64,000 nucleotides of DNA, from IMG/VR virus record IMGVR_UViG_3300031715_000001, positions 42,689-106,688 of that record; one strand, written 5' to 3'. Positions within the stretch are counted from its first letter, which is position 1. Each line of letters begins with the position of its first letter. Of the stretch, positions 38,148 to 47,124 are shown one piece after another. A program made the translations under genes and the position numbers. Under the pieces are notes generated by a model that was not told the origin of the DNA, ran no database searches, and worked only from the letters and a program-made list of their open reading frames with translations. Origin of the DNA: a virus.

Positions 38148-39902
38148 TTATGAAGGCCCCAATTCAATCAAGGCATTATAAATAGCTTTCAGTTGTCGAG
38201 CCGTACTCTTGATCTTAAAAGTCTTTGAAATCCAGAAAGCACCGAGTGAGTACCACACAGGCTTAGGATCGAAGACTTGAGGATTAGTCTGCGAGTTCTG
38301 CGTCATATCGGTGATCTCGTCCGGCGTCAGGAAAGTTCCCTCATACTCTCCAGATCGTCCAAGCGATGCAGCTCCGGCATCTACCCAGGTGCGCGCACCG
38401 TCCGATGACGTGGCCAGGTTGACGGTGGGGATCAGCGGCTTTCCATCCAGCCCCAAGTTAGCGGGGTCGATTGTTCCTAACTCGCAATCGAGGGCAAAAC
38501 ATTTGATGTTCTGCATTTCGAGGTTGGAATTGATGTGCGGGGAAATCCGCATCACCGGGATATCGACGCCGTCGTCCTGGTCGAAGTCGGGCGAAACCTG
38601 CCAGATCTTGCCCGAAGCGAAGCCCGCGACCAAGTCCATCCTGGTCCCGCTCGGCCAGGTGACGTGTACCCGAAAAGTTCCCGGGTCGGCCCCATATACT
38701 TCGTCCTCGGGCGTCTCCGGACCCATTTCCGACCACACACCGCCCGCCGTCTGGTCCCATTCCCAGGTTCGATTCGCGGTTGGAAAGTCAATGCGGTAAA
38801 TCGAGTGCCCGCCCTCGAGGTACGTCGAGCCAATGGCATCGTAGACGAGAGGATAGCTTCGCATGGCGTTTTCGATGCCGTGATCGGAAATACGCACAGG
38901 CGCTCCACCAGCGGAGTGAACGATCTGATCCTCGCCCCGCAGCGTGCTAAGCAGGCTGCAGATCGATCCATCGGCGAGCTTCGCCACCGACCACGGCGCG
39001 GATGTCCCGGCGTTGATATTGCGCCCGCTCACTCTGGTGAAAGGGAAATCGGCGTTTCCGGAGTCGCCCCAGACTTCGGTTTGGCTCGTGTCTCCGATCA
39101 AAGCCAATTGTCCGTTGACTTCTTGGATGGCCCCAATATTGTCGATCGAGCCCGATTTGTCCGCGAAATCGAGCTCGTCCCAGGTGCTTCCGTCCCCGAG
39201 CGCTGAGAGACGAAACTGCTTGGTGTTGGGTTGAGAGACGATGAAGTAGTCGTCGATAAATTCCGGCATGACGCCGGTCAAATACTCGGTGCCGGCCTGA
39301 TAAGCCACGTCCTCGATCATTCCGGCGTCTTTGTCCAACACTAGGTCCGTGGCGTCTGTAACGGCGATGACGTTGTAGAGAGTCGTGCCGATCATGAACA
39401 GATCGCCTGGCAGGACATCGCCGCCCGCGCCCTGGAAAAGCGCGCCCGATACCCAACTGACCGCGTTGCCGTTTACGTTTACTGTTCCGGTCGCATAGCT
39501 GATGATCGGACGGAAGAGTGAGACTCCGTTGTAGAGGTACACATTGCCGGCGCTGCACACCAAAAGCTGTAAGCCGTTGGCCCGCATGGTGGCCGGATTT
39601 CCACCTACCGCGATCGGTCCGGCCGCGTGGCTGGAAGTGTCTTCGAATATCTCGTAGAGCATCCCCCCACAAACGACGAAGACCCTGGTCTTGTTGGCCC
39701 ACATCCCTTGTACGCCGGCGCCGGGTGTTTTAAGAGTGGTGAAGAGCTTTTTGCCGGAACGCGGGAATAAGGTGAAGGGACTTTTCGAAGCAGGATCCAT
39801 ATTCTGCTCGATCCGCATGTTTACGGTACGCGTGGCCGAGGCTCCTCTAGCCCGTGAGTTGTAGGAGCCAGCGCAGAAATTAGCTATGGGCGTCAGTGGC
39901 AT
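38148..39902 (-). CDS. tail hub / packaged-DNA stabilization protein (P22 gp10-like)
   Basis: 584-aa beta-propeller-like protein; DGSTWDELDFA, EVWGDSG.ADFPF, RISDHGIE and SSDGARTW motifs; gene order. Confidence 0.8.
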   Translation of the reverse strand: MPLTPIANFCAGSYNSRARGASATRTVNMRIEQNMDPASKSPFTLFPRSGKKLFTTLKTPGAGVQGMWANKTRVFVVCGGMLYEIFEDTSSHAAGPIAVGGNPATMRANGLQLLVCSAGNVYLYNGVSLFRPIISYATGTVNVNGNAVSWVSGALFQGAGGDVLPGDLFMIGTTLYNVIAVTDATDLVLDKDAGMIEDVAYQAGTEYLTGVMPEFIDDYFIVSQPNTKQFRLSALGDGSTWDELDFADKSGSIDNIGAIQEVNGQLALIGDTSQTEVWGDSGNADFPFTRVSGRNINAGTSAPWSVAKLADGSICSLLSTLRGEDQIVHSAGGAPVRISDHGIENAMRSYPLVYDAIGSTYLEGGHSIYRIDFPTANRTWEWDQTAGGVWSEMGPETPEDEVYGADPGTFRVHVTWPSGTRMDLVAGFASGKIWQVSPDFDQDDGVDIPVMRISPHINSNLEMQNIKCFALDCELGTIDPANLGLDGKPLIPTVNLATSSDGARTWVDAGAASLGRSGEYEGTFLTPDEITDMTQNSQTNPQVFDPKPVWYSLGAFWISKTFKIKSTARQLKAIYNALIELGPS

Positions 39903-39933
39903 GGATCGGAAAAGCTAGAATTGGGCTTAGGTT

Positions 39934-40325
39934 CGTTTCGCAGCGAACTGAGGTTTCGCTGCGGAGGGGCTGTGAGCAAGAACTTTCCACTGACCGCACG
40001 AAAGTACGATCTTTATGTAGCCTTGGATGAGGCGGTAGAAGTTGGCCGCGTACTATTCGCAGGGCGCAAGCGGCGTTTCGTGATTAAGGAGCTTATGTCT
40101 CGCGAGGCGTGGGATGCCGAAAGAGCCATTCCGCCCCAAGGCGATCCGAAGGGGCGCTGGCTAGGGCCTGGAAAATGTGACGACAAGCCCAATGATGAAA
40201 GCCTGAGCTACAACCCGTCCGCAGGCATTCCAGAAGAATGCAAATTCTTCTATGGGGCGGACTACCTACCTCAGGACCTCAGGACTAATCCCCAACGTGC
40301 CCGTGCTCCGGGAGGGCACGAGACG
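39934..40325. mobile_element. hairpin-flanked cassette F (left 39934-39963, right 40287-40325)
   Basis: Left CGTTT-cgcagcg-aactgaggttt-cgctgcg; right AATCCCCAA-cgtgccc-gtgctccggga-gggcacg-AGACG. Confidence 0.7.
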
Positions 40326-40343
40326 GACCACAGGCCTGATTGA
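39972..40343 (+). CDS. cassette F cargo, hypothetical protein
   Basis: GGAGG RBS and GTG start right after the left hairpin; reads through the right hairpin. Confidence 0.55.
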   Translation: MSKNFPLTARKYDLYVALDEAVEVGRVLFAGRKRRFVIKELMSREAWDAERAIPPQGDPKGRWLGPGKCDDKPNDESLSYNPSAGIPEECKFFYGADYLPQDLRTNPQRARAPGGHETDHRPD

Positions 40344-40528
40344 TGATGTGCCCTCGCTGCCGTAGGGAGCTTTCCCTTGGCGAAGTCCACATCGCCTGCT
40401 CTCCAGCGATTACCATGGCGTGCCCGATATGCCGCGCCGAAAATGACCGTACACGCTCAAAGTGCCATCACTGCGAATCCGAGCTGCATCCCAAGCGGCA
40501 GGTTCAGCATGTGACCACTGATCACTGA
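40340..40528 (+). CDS. small zinc-ribbon protein
   Basis: CPRC, CPIC and CHHC motifs; coupled to the upstream stop. Confidence 0.5.
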   Translation: MMMCPRCRRELSLGEVHIACSPAITMACPICRAENDRTRSKCHHCESELHPKRQVQHVTTDH

Positions 40529-41262
40529 TATCTGTTTCCAAGATATACGTTACTTCTTCGGTCTCCCACCGCCCAGTCGAGTTCTCTCTTTAATGGCCGG
40601 TCGTTGTTCATCTTGATCAGTGCGAGTGATCGGATGGCATTGGCTCGCGTGTCTTCCGACATTTGCTGTTCGTTGGGATAGCGCGCGGCCAATTGTACGG
40701 CTAAATTGGACTCGATCATCATCTGGTAGCCGTTGGGATAAGTCAGTTCGGCGTCGCCAGTGGCATCGATTTGCGAAAGCGGCTGCTCGAGATACAACGC
40801 TATCTGGTTGGCATCGGTCGGAACGAATACCAAGTGCAGGGTACCAAGGGGCGGCTGAGAGCGTTCGTAGTAGAAGCATCTTGGATAACTGATAGTCTGG
40901 GTCTTTAATGTCCAGCCCTGCCATTCATCGAGCGTGAGTGGTTGCATCCGATATTCAGGGTAGGGCGCGTTGGCTGTGACGGTTACGAGTACCCCGGCGC
41001 GTTCGATCTGGTTCGGTGCGACCGGCATATCGAAGTCTCCGCCCGGTCCTACCAGATAATCGCCCTGGTTCGAAACCAGAGGAAACAGCATACGTGCGAC
41101 GTGCGAGACGGTGAAGCCGTCGGCGGCTAGTTGATCGACGAAGCGGTTGTAGAGCTGCCGGCATTCCTCGTTCTGATCTGGAGAGAGGATGGTCTGCTCG
41201 GTTTTGACAATCCCTGCGTCTCTAAATGCGCCGTAGAATAATTGAGTGATCGATATGCCCAT
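40522..41262 (-). CDS. head-to-tail adaptor (P22 gp4-like), copy 2
   Basis: TQLFYGAFRDAGI...YLVGPGGDF...YPNGY..MIESNLAVQLAARY pattern; upstream of the gp10-like gene. Confidence 0.7.
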   Translation of the reverse strand: MGISITQLFYGAFRDAGIVKTEQTILSPDQNEECRQLYNRFVDQLAADGFTVSHVARMLFPLVSNQGDYLVGPGGDFDMPVAPNQIERAGVLVTVTANAPYPEYRMQPLTLDEWQGWTLKTQTISYPRCFYYERSQPPLGTLHLVFVPTDANQIALYLEQPLSQIDATGDAELTYPNGYQMMIESNLAVQLAARYPNEQQMSEDTRANAIRSLALIKMNNDRPLKRELDWAVGDRRSNVYLGNRYQ

Positions 41263-41296
41263 GAGGATTTAGGAGAAACTGAAATGACGTTAGGAG

Positions 41297-41796
41297 CGTT
41301 TCGTGCCGCACTGAATTAGCGACACGGTCGGAATATGATCATCGTTCGTCTATCTCTGTGGCAAAAGCTAAAGTTACTTTTCGGTTGGTACCTGCAGATC
41401 GAGGAATGGCCAATCGGTCAGAGTTATTACCAGTACGTGCTAGGGCCTTGGGAAACACCGCGACAATTCAGGAGCCGGTGGCGGTGCGAGCGTTGCGGTG
41501 AATATATCGAAGGTGATCGTGATGGTCATAAGTGTGTTCCGCGTCGGCCTCCGTATAGTTCCTATGTTTACGGTGAAGGTGTTGTGCTCGCTGAGATCCT
41601 TAAAGTGGTAGGCAGGCGGGGTATTCAACTCCGTGACATTCAGAATCTCCCAGGCGTTCTCGAACAGGACTATTCGACAATTCAGGACAGGATTGAAGAA
41701 TACGAAAAGCAGATCGCCGTCCTGGAGACGATCAAATCGTCAAGTGTGCCCGACACAGATCCCCAACGTGCCCGTGCTCCAGGAGGGCACGAGACG
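41297..41796. mobile_element. hairpin-flanked cassette G (left 41297-41326, right 41758-41796)
   Basis: Left CGTTT-cgtgccg-cactgaattag-cgacacg; right GATCCCCAA-cgtgccc-gtgctccagga-gggcacg-AGACG. Confidence 0.7.
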
Positions 41797-41802
41797 GAAT
41801 AA
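41335..41802 (+). CDS. cassette G cargo, hypothetical zinc-binding protein
   Basis: 155-aa antisense ORF starting 9 nt after the left hairpin; CERC...HKC motif. Confidence 0.6.
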   Translation: MIIVRLSLWQKLKLLFGWYLQIEEWPIGQSYYQYVLGPWETPRQFRSRWRCERCGEYIEGDRDGHKCVPRRPPYSSYVYGEGVVLAEILKVVGRRGIQLRDIQNLPGVLEQDYSTIQDRIEEYEKQIAVLETIKSSSVPDTDPQRARAPGGHETE

Positions 41803-41810
41803 AGTTGAAT

Positions 41811-42206
41811 TTAATTCAGTAAGAACTGCTTGCTATTGGATGTCGTAATTGTCACCATTGCCCCGGCAGCGTGAGGGACGGCATTTGTTCCAAGGGGAAA
41901 GGCAACCGTTGGCCATCCCAGGGTGAAAGCGCGGATGACTGGAACATGCGAGCTGCCGATGCGCCAGCGCGAAGTGACCTGCATGTACTCCCGATCGATC
42001 TGAATCAACGTCGGCGTCGAATGGTGACAGCCTCCCGAGTCAGGATGCAAGATTCCTGTAGGGTCCGCGACAATGATGTAGTCCTCGGTGATTCCCACCG
42101 CGTTCGCCAGCACGGTCGTGTAGGTGTTGACACGGGTGACGGGTGGCGGAGGAGGAGGCGGCGCCGCTGGCTGCGAGAGATCGAAAACCAGCAGCGCCGC
42201 ATGCAT
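41811..42206 (-). CDS. small virion protein, paralog of 44096-44401
   Basis: TYTTVLANAVG...IQIDREYM...HAAGAMV motif. Confidence 0.55.
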   Translation of the reverse strand: MHAALLVFDLSQPAAPPPPPPPVTRVNTYTTVLANAVGITEDYIIVADPTGILHPDSGGCHHSTPTLIQIDREYMQVTSRWRIGSSHVPVIRAFTLGWPTVAFPLGTNAVPHAAGAMVTITTSNSKQFLLN

Positions 42207-42211
42207 GAGGT

Positions 42212-42739
42212 TCAGTACTGCGTGTACGAAATCATAATGTTCACGGTGCCGGCCGCGCTATTGGTAGCGCACAACGCGCTCCCCGCCGGCGTCTGAAATA
42301 GAGTTCCGATCCCCGAACCTAGGCCCCAAGGAGGCGCACTGGTCGAGAGGGGGAAGTTCCAGGTCGGCGTCAGCGTGGCGGTCGGAGTAGCGCACGCCGT
42401 ACCTGTTCCGGCGATAAATTTCAGGGTGGTGGCCGTCGAGGTAACCGAGCCCTGCACTGAAATCGCGCAGACCCGGATCGCCGTCGTCCCTGAGAGCGCC
42501 ACAATCTGCGTCGTGGTCGCAGTCGCCATCTGCAATTGCGCGGAGTTGTTGCAGACAGCGAGACCGGTCTGAAGTCCTGCGGCGTTGCCGGCGATATAGA
42601 TCGCCTTGGCAGGCACGGCGCTTCCTGTCGCACTACTGGCCGCGTCTACAACCGGGGCGGGTTGAGCGACGTTCAGATCCGCGCGGCACACTAAAAAGAC
42701 AACGAGCAGTGCGAGCGCCAGGCGCAAGGTCGATTTCAA
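42212..42739 (-). CDS. secreted structural protein
   Basis: Signal peptide MKSTLRLALALLVVFLVCRA; beta-sandwich-like mature region. Confidence 0.6.
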   Translation of the reverse strand: MKSTLRLALALLVVFLVCRADLNVAQPAPVVDAASSATGSAVPAKAIYIAGNAAGLQTGLAVCNNSAQLQMATATTTQIVALSGTTAIRVCAISVQGSVTSTATTLKFIAGTGTACATPTATLTPTWNFPLSTSAPPWGLGSGIGTLFQTPAGSALCATNSAAGTVNIMISYTQY

Positions 42740-42743
42740 AAGG

Positions 42744-43547
42744 TTACTCCCTGGTCAGTAAATGAAGGTTGAGGGCCGAAGCGGTGCCCGCGATCGCCGT
42801 GATGCCCGAGGCCATAACTACGCCGCCCAGGTCCATGCCGCCGTTGGCGCCGCAACCCATGTTGGAATTCGGGGGAATCGAGAAATCGCCGTTGCCGCCG
42901 ATCCAGATAATCGGAGTGCCGGTTTTATCCTGGATGCGCAGCGTGACGGCGGAGTTGGTGATGTTATTCACGAAGCATTCGACCACGCAGCCCGTGACGG
43001 AACTGACTGACGTCCCCGTGCTGACTGCCACTCCCACCGTGTTGTGAATAACGTAGGCAGTTCCAGTTCCGCTGCAGCCGGCTGGAAGGTTGAAGGTACT
43101 GCCCAGGATGTTCGCCCCGGCCGGGAGAGCGTTGGTGATGGCGGTTACCGCCGTGATCGTTCCGCTATTGACCACTACGCCGTTGGTGGTCCCAGCGGTC
43201 GTTTGATCGATGCCAAACTTCCCGGCGATGGCCGTGCCTGCGGTGAGCGCTACGGCATTGGTGGTGCCCGGCGTGGTCTGATCGATTCCGAACTTGCCCA
43301 GCAGGTTCGTACCGGCCGGGAGCGCGGCATTCACCTGTACGCCGTTGGTGGTGCCTGGTGTGGTCTGGTCGATGCCGAACTTGCCGGCCAGGGCGGATCC
43401 GGCCTGCAGGGTGACCGCCGAGCCTCCGCCGCCCGATTGATTCAACTGGCCCATGACCAGGCCCGCGCAAAGCAGCGAGACCAGCAGAGCGCTAACGATA
43501 AATTTCGGGCTCCTGAGAAGCGCCCGCGGCTGAATTCCGAATAGCAT
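42744..43547 (-). CDS. secreted structural protein with three GKFGIDQTT.GTTN repeats
   Basis: Hydrophobic leader ending VMGQ; beta-strand repeats (ALPAGTNLLGK type). Confidence 0.6.
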   Translation of the reverse strand: MLFGIQPRALLRSPKFIVSALLVSLLCAGLVMGQLNQSGGGGSAVTLQAGSALAGKFGIDQTTPGTTNGVQVNAALPAGTNLLGKFGIDQTTPGTTNAVALTAGTAIAGKFGIDQTTAGTTNGVVVNSGTITAVTAITNALPAGANILGSTFNLPAGCSGTGTAYVIHNTVGVAVSTGTSVSSVTGCVVECFVNNITNSAVTLRIQDKTGTPIIWIGGNGDFSIPPNSNMGCGANGGMDLGGVVMASGITAIAGTASALNLHLLTRE

Positions 43548-43559
43548 TGGTTTTACCTT

Positions 43560-44087
43560 TCAACTGTGGTCGTAATACACCGTGGCGAACACCCCGCAGG
43601 AAGCGTCATCGAAGTTTTCTACGGTGAGCCGAAAGAACGCTTCTGCCGGGATCTGGTGATAGTCCTTGTGAGGAGGTTCGTAGTCTTCGCTGGTACCGTT
43701 TGAAACCAGATAACCGAGGATCGTCTCGACGCCGCCTGAAACCGATTTGACGGTCCAGACACAATCGCGGCTGGAAGCAACGATGACCTTGGCCAGCTTT
43801 CCGCCCGCTGAAATGGCGGGGCAGTCGAAATTTTCAGAGCCCGCCGCCGCGAGAGTGCTATTGGAGAACACCTGAAAGGTCGGGTTCATGGGCCCGGCCT
43901 GGCGAACCACCGCGCCTCCGTCGGCTGAGCCCGGATCCACGGCGCGAACATCCTGCAAATCGCCGGCATTGGCACCTGCGATGCGTCCGCGTTCCCGGTA
44001 AACCAACTTGCCCGCGACTTCGAGCGAATCCGCATCGAGGCTTTTGCCCGGCCCGTCTTCCGGCAGTCCGATAACATCGTTGGCCAT
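43560..44087 (-). CDS. virion structural protein, hypothetical
   Basis: 175-aa ORF in the operon; LPEDGPGK..D...YRER N-terminal motif. Confidence 0.55.
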   Translation of the reverse strand: MANDVIGLPEDGPGKSLDADSLEVAGKLVYRERGRIAGANAGDLQDVRAVDPGSADGGAVVRQAGPMNPTFQVFSNSTLAAAGSENFDCPAISAGGKLAKVIVASSRDCVWTVKSVSGGVETILGYLVSNGTSEDYEPPHKDYHQIPAEAFFRLTVENFDDASCGVFATVYYDHS

Positions 44088-44095
44088 TTGGCTGT

Positions 44096-44401
44096 TTATT
44101 CGCGGCTATCAGTGGTCGTGATCATCACCGTAGCCCCGGCTGCGTGCACAACCACATCCGATCCTATGCTCGGTGCTTGCCAAGCCAGTCCGCGAACCAC
44201 CGTGACGATATTCGAGCCGAAGCGGTAGCGGGCGTCGACGGCCATATACTCCTGATCGATTTGGATAATGGATTGGATGGCGTTGTGAGCCCCGCCTGAG
44301 TCCGCATTTACAATTCCCGTTGGATTGGCGACGACGATGTAATTGTCCTGGAGGCCAACGGCGTTGAGCAGCGTCGTGGTATAAGTTTTGGTCGAGGGCA
44401 T
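44096..44401 (-). CDS. small virion protein, paralog of 41811-42206
   Basis: TYTTTLLNAVG...IQIDQEYM...VRG...HAAGATV motif. Confidence 0.6.
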   Translation of the reverse strand: MPSTKTYTTTLLNAVGLQDNYIVVANPTGIVNADSGGAHNAIQSIIQIDQEYMAVDARYRFGSNIVTVVRGLAWQAPSIGSDVVVHAAGATVMITTTDSRE

Positions 44402-44843
44402 CGTGTACGTTATTCCGTTTCAGCTCAACGCTCGCGAGTATTCTATCTTCGTGGTCCTGCAGGAGGAGGGCTTGAAGCGGATCCGCGCCTACGATCCGGC
44501 CCAGGTGAACGTGCAGGCGCTAGGCCCGGCGTTTACGCATCTGCGGCTGAAGGATATTCACGTCGGGTACGCCACTGATTCTGAAATCCGGGAGGTCCTC
44601 AGACTCGCTGAATTAGGGCGAGTGCAGGATGGCCTGAAGTGGCTATCCCGTGGTTTCGAGTTCAAGCCCGAATTCATACACCGTGGCGAACACCCCGCAG
44701 GAAGCGTCATCGAAGTTTTCTACGGTGAGCCGAAAGAACGCTTCTGCCGGGATCTGGTGATAGTCCTTGTCAAGCCCGAATTCGGGGATCACGACGGGCC
44801 GCCGTTGAGCCTGAAACGAAAGCCTGGGGAGCCCGCGCAGTGA
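44388..44843 (+). CDS. antisense cargo, hypothetical protein with a 36-codon templated insertion (start uncertain)
   Basis: Open ORF; 44676-44770 is a copy of 43575-43669. Confidence 0.5.
   Translation: MVEGIVYVIPFQLNAREYSIFVVLQEEGLKRIRAYDPAQVNVQALGPAFTHLRLKDIHVGYATDSEIREVLRLAELGRVQDGLKWLSRGFEFKPEFIHRGEHPAGSVIEVFYGEPKERFCRDLVIVLVKPEFGDHDGPPLSLKRKPGEPAQ
44662..44783 (+). repeat. 95-bp exact duplicate of 43575-43669 bounded by the direct repeat TCAAGCCCGAATTC
   Basis: Direct comparison; repeats at 44662-44675 and 44770-44783, 108 bp apart. Confidence 0.9.
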
Positions 44844-44856
44844 TACGCTTGCGAAT

Positions 44857-45123
44857 ATGCAACCAGCAACATCCGCTCCCAATGATCTGACGCGCGCTGA
44901 TCGTCTGACCCCCGCCATCGAGGAGGAGATCGTTCGACAATTCTCACCTCAAATCTGGAATGACGAACAACAGATCCGGGGTGGCCTCGTTCGGGACGCA
45001 CTTATTAAAGCGACGGGCGTCATCATCGCCAACGTTCCGCCTGGTCCCGATCGCACGGTGGCACTACGTAAGCTGCGTGAGGCACGAATGGACTGTAGTG
45101 TGGCAATCAGCTTGAACATATAA
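44857..45123 (+). CDS. small helical phage protein (Acb2/Tad1-like hairpin family possible)
   Basis: IIANVPPGPDRTVALRKLREARMDCSVAI resembles the P..RE.SLA.TKLEEA..W...AI pattern; stop lies in the ATAACC motif. Confidence 0.55.
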   Translation: MQPATSAPNDLTRADRLTPAIEEEIVRQFSPQIWNDEQQIRGGLVRDALIKATGVIIANVPPGPDRTVALRKLREARMDCSVAISLNI

Positions 45124-45183
45124 CCGGACTGCCGGGGCGGCGTCCGCTCTTCATTGCGCCCGTTGCCAGGAGGGCGCAAAACG
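45120..45183 (-). repeat. hairpin element (ATAACC type), right end of cassette H
   Basis: ATAACCGGACTG...tgcgccc-gttgccagga-gggcgca-AAACG. Confidence 0.8.
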
Positions 45184-45197
45184 AACCAAAGCCTTGA

Positions 45198-45959
45198 TCA
45201 CTGTCCCGGAACTACTGGTGTTCCATCACCCTTAGTAGGTCCAGCTAATGTTCTTGAAGATCCAAATGCTCCACTCAGTTTGTCATTATTGATCTGCTCT
45301 AACTTCTGAATTGCATCCTGATACTGTGCCGTCACTTCCGGGGTGACACTGAACCGGTAAGCGGGAGCTAGTGCGATCGTCAAACCGAGGCGCATCGGTA
45401 GGATATATTCAGTCGGAAAGTAGTTCTCGATCAGCTGCTGCTCGTCGCCTGGGGCAAAGGTGGTCAGCGGATTCCACTGCGCCTGCTTCAGGAATCCGTT
45501 GAACTGCGGGATGGGCGCGACATTGATGGTCGCAATCGGCACGTTGTAGTCGTAGAAATAATCCGTGGGCCCGTCCGGATCCTGGAGAGTCCTTGTCGTC
45601 AGGCTTCCAAACTGGGGCCGGGTCAGGATATTCAGCGGCCAGCGGCGCGCGGTTCCGACGATATACCAGACGGCCTGCACGTACACCGGCCTGGTGTAAG
45701 TGGGATTCGCGCCTCCGGTCTCGAAGTTTGGCGCAGCGCCGGCCCCCGGCCCGATCTGATAGCTCCCGACGCCCGCCGTGAGCGGATAAGAGACCTCGGG
45801 CACGAAGTTTAGCCGGAGCCTCGAGGCGGACCAGCTTTGCAGCATATCCGTCTGCGTTCGCATGGCGTGCGCGACACGTTGGCCGGACGGAGTCTGTCCG
45901 GGCGTGAGCGCGCCCACGTCAGAGAGCGAGTCGCTTATGAGGTCGAGTACAGAGGGCAT
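45198..45959 (-). CDS. head-to-tail adaptor (P22 gp4-like), copy 1
   Basis: LDLISDSLSDVGAL..GQTP...YQIGPG...FPTEY...LGLTIALAPAY pattern. Confidence 0.7.
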   Translation of the reverse strand: MPSVLDLISDSLSDVGALTPGQTPSGQRVAHAMRTQTDMLQSWSASRLRLNFVPEVSYPLTAGVGSYQIGPGAGAAPNFETGGANPTYTRPVYVQAVWYIVGTARRWPLNILTRPQFGSLTTRTLQDPDGPTDYFYDYNVPIATINVAPIPQFNGFLKQAQWNPLTTFAPGDEQQLIENYFPTEYILPMRLGLTIALAPAYRFSVTPEVTAQYQDAIQKLEQINNDKLSGAFGSSRTLAGPTKGDGTPVVPGQ

Positions 45960-46014
45960 CGGGAGCTATCGCGACCACTGCGGTTCGGACTGTTCAGCTT
46001 TTGTTTTGTCGGCT

Positions 46015-46569
46015 TTACTTGTTCGCATCGGCCGCTCTCTTGTCCGCATCGGCCGCTCTCTTGTCCGCATCGGCCGCTTTCTTTTTCTCGGCGTTCAATT
46101 GGTCCTCGCAGTCGGGATCCTTTCCCGGTTGAAAGTCTTTTTCCGGTAGAGGGGGGTTGGCGAGGGGCGGCATGAAACGGCCTTGTTGGGTCGGCGCCGG
46201 CACGAGAACAGCCTCGGGAGCGAGGCGAAGAGGAGGTTCCCCTTCGGGCTGCACGGGCGCTGGGACCACTGGCGCCGTGTAAGCCGCCCGGATCGCCGCG
46301 CCGATATTTCTGCCGATGGACCCGGTTTTGGGGAACTGCTCGGCTATCGCTACGTCGCGGCCCATCTGGTCCAGAACTCCCTGGTTGTAGCCGCGCTGAT
46401 AATCTTCGTCGGCCAGTGCCAGGCGCGAGGCGGTGTCGGTAATGGCACGCTCGCGCGTGAATTGTTTGTAGTCTTCCGGATTCACGCGGCTGTGCTCGAG
46501 TTCATCCTTGACGAGCCGGGGTTTGCCTGGGTTTTGGGGATCCGGGATATAGCGGGGATGATGTTCCAT
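46015..46569 (-). CDS. hypothetical protein with C-terminal KRAADAD repeats
   Basis: AAGGAG RBS; 21-bp tandem repeat at about 46024-46078. Confidence 0.6.
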   Translation of the reverse strand: MEHHPRYIPDPQNPGKPRLVKDELEHSRVNPEDYKQFTRERAITDTASRLALADEDYQRGYNQGVLDQMGRDVAIAEQFPKTGSIGRNIGAAIRAAYTAPVVPAPVQPEGEPPLRLAPEAVLVPAPTQQGRFMPPLANPPLPEKDFQPGKDPDCEDQLNAEKKKAADADKRAADADKRAADANK

Positions 46570-46581
46570 AAAAACTCCTTT

Positions 46582-47007
46582 TTAGTTCGTGCTCCAGTAG
46601 GAAACGATCACGGTGTCACCCGAGTGCGTTCCATCGATACAGGCCATCGCCAGGTCTTCCCGGTCCGAGGGTGTGTTCCCGTTGGCTCCCTGGGGATCGG
46701 ATAGGCTATTGCCCGGCGAGGTCGACGTGCCGGGGCCGAGTTCGGCCGTCAATTGGGAGGGGTCGGTCGCGCTGCACGCGGTAGCGGCGGGAACGCCAAG
46801 CATGACGTACACGAGGCCCGTGCTGTTGTGGCGATTCTGAACAAATAAGCGGTCGACCAGCGTGGATTTGATCGCCAGGCGGATGGGCGTGCCGGCGGTG
46901 ATCGTTAAGAAGCCGCCACCGGAGGCCACCACATTGACGCGGCGGGCGTCCGCTAGCGGCGCGGTAAGAAATAGAATTGCAAGCAGCGATAGGGCGAGCC
47001 GTTTCAT
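46582..47007 (-). CDS. secreted or structural protein
   Basis: GAGG RBS; signal peptide MKRLALSLLAILFLTAPLADA. Confidence 0.6.
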   Translation of the reverse strand: MKRLALSLLAILFLTAPLADARRVNVVASGGGFLTITAGTPIRLAIKSTLVDRLFVQNRHNSTGLVYVMLGVPAATACSATDPSQLTAELGPGTSTSPGNSLSDPQGANGNTPSDREDLAMACIDGTHSGDTVIVSYWSTN

Positions 47008-47028
47008 TCGGATGTTCCTCGGTTGAAG

Positions 47029-47073
47029 AAAAAGGGGGAGAGAGCGGCGACTCGGTCGGATCGCCACTCTCTC
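47029..47073 (-). terminator. rho-independent terminator downstream of the capsid and decoration genes
   Basis: On the minus strand, 13-bp stem gagagagtggcga/tcgccgctctctc followed by CCCCTTTTT. Confidence 0.6.
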
Positions 47074-47124
47074 GCGTAGGGGAAGGACCCCGGCACTCTG
47101 CAGCGACGTTAGTCGGTGCCGGCC

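Noticed and set aside
43575-44770. 95-bp duplication as a diversity-generating retroelement TR/VR pair
   Set aside because: The copies are identical with no adenine-specific mismatches, and no reverse transcriptase was seen in the window.
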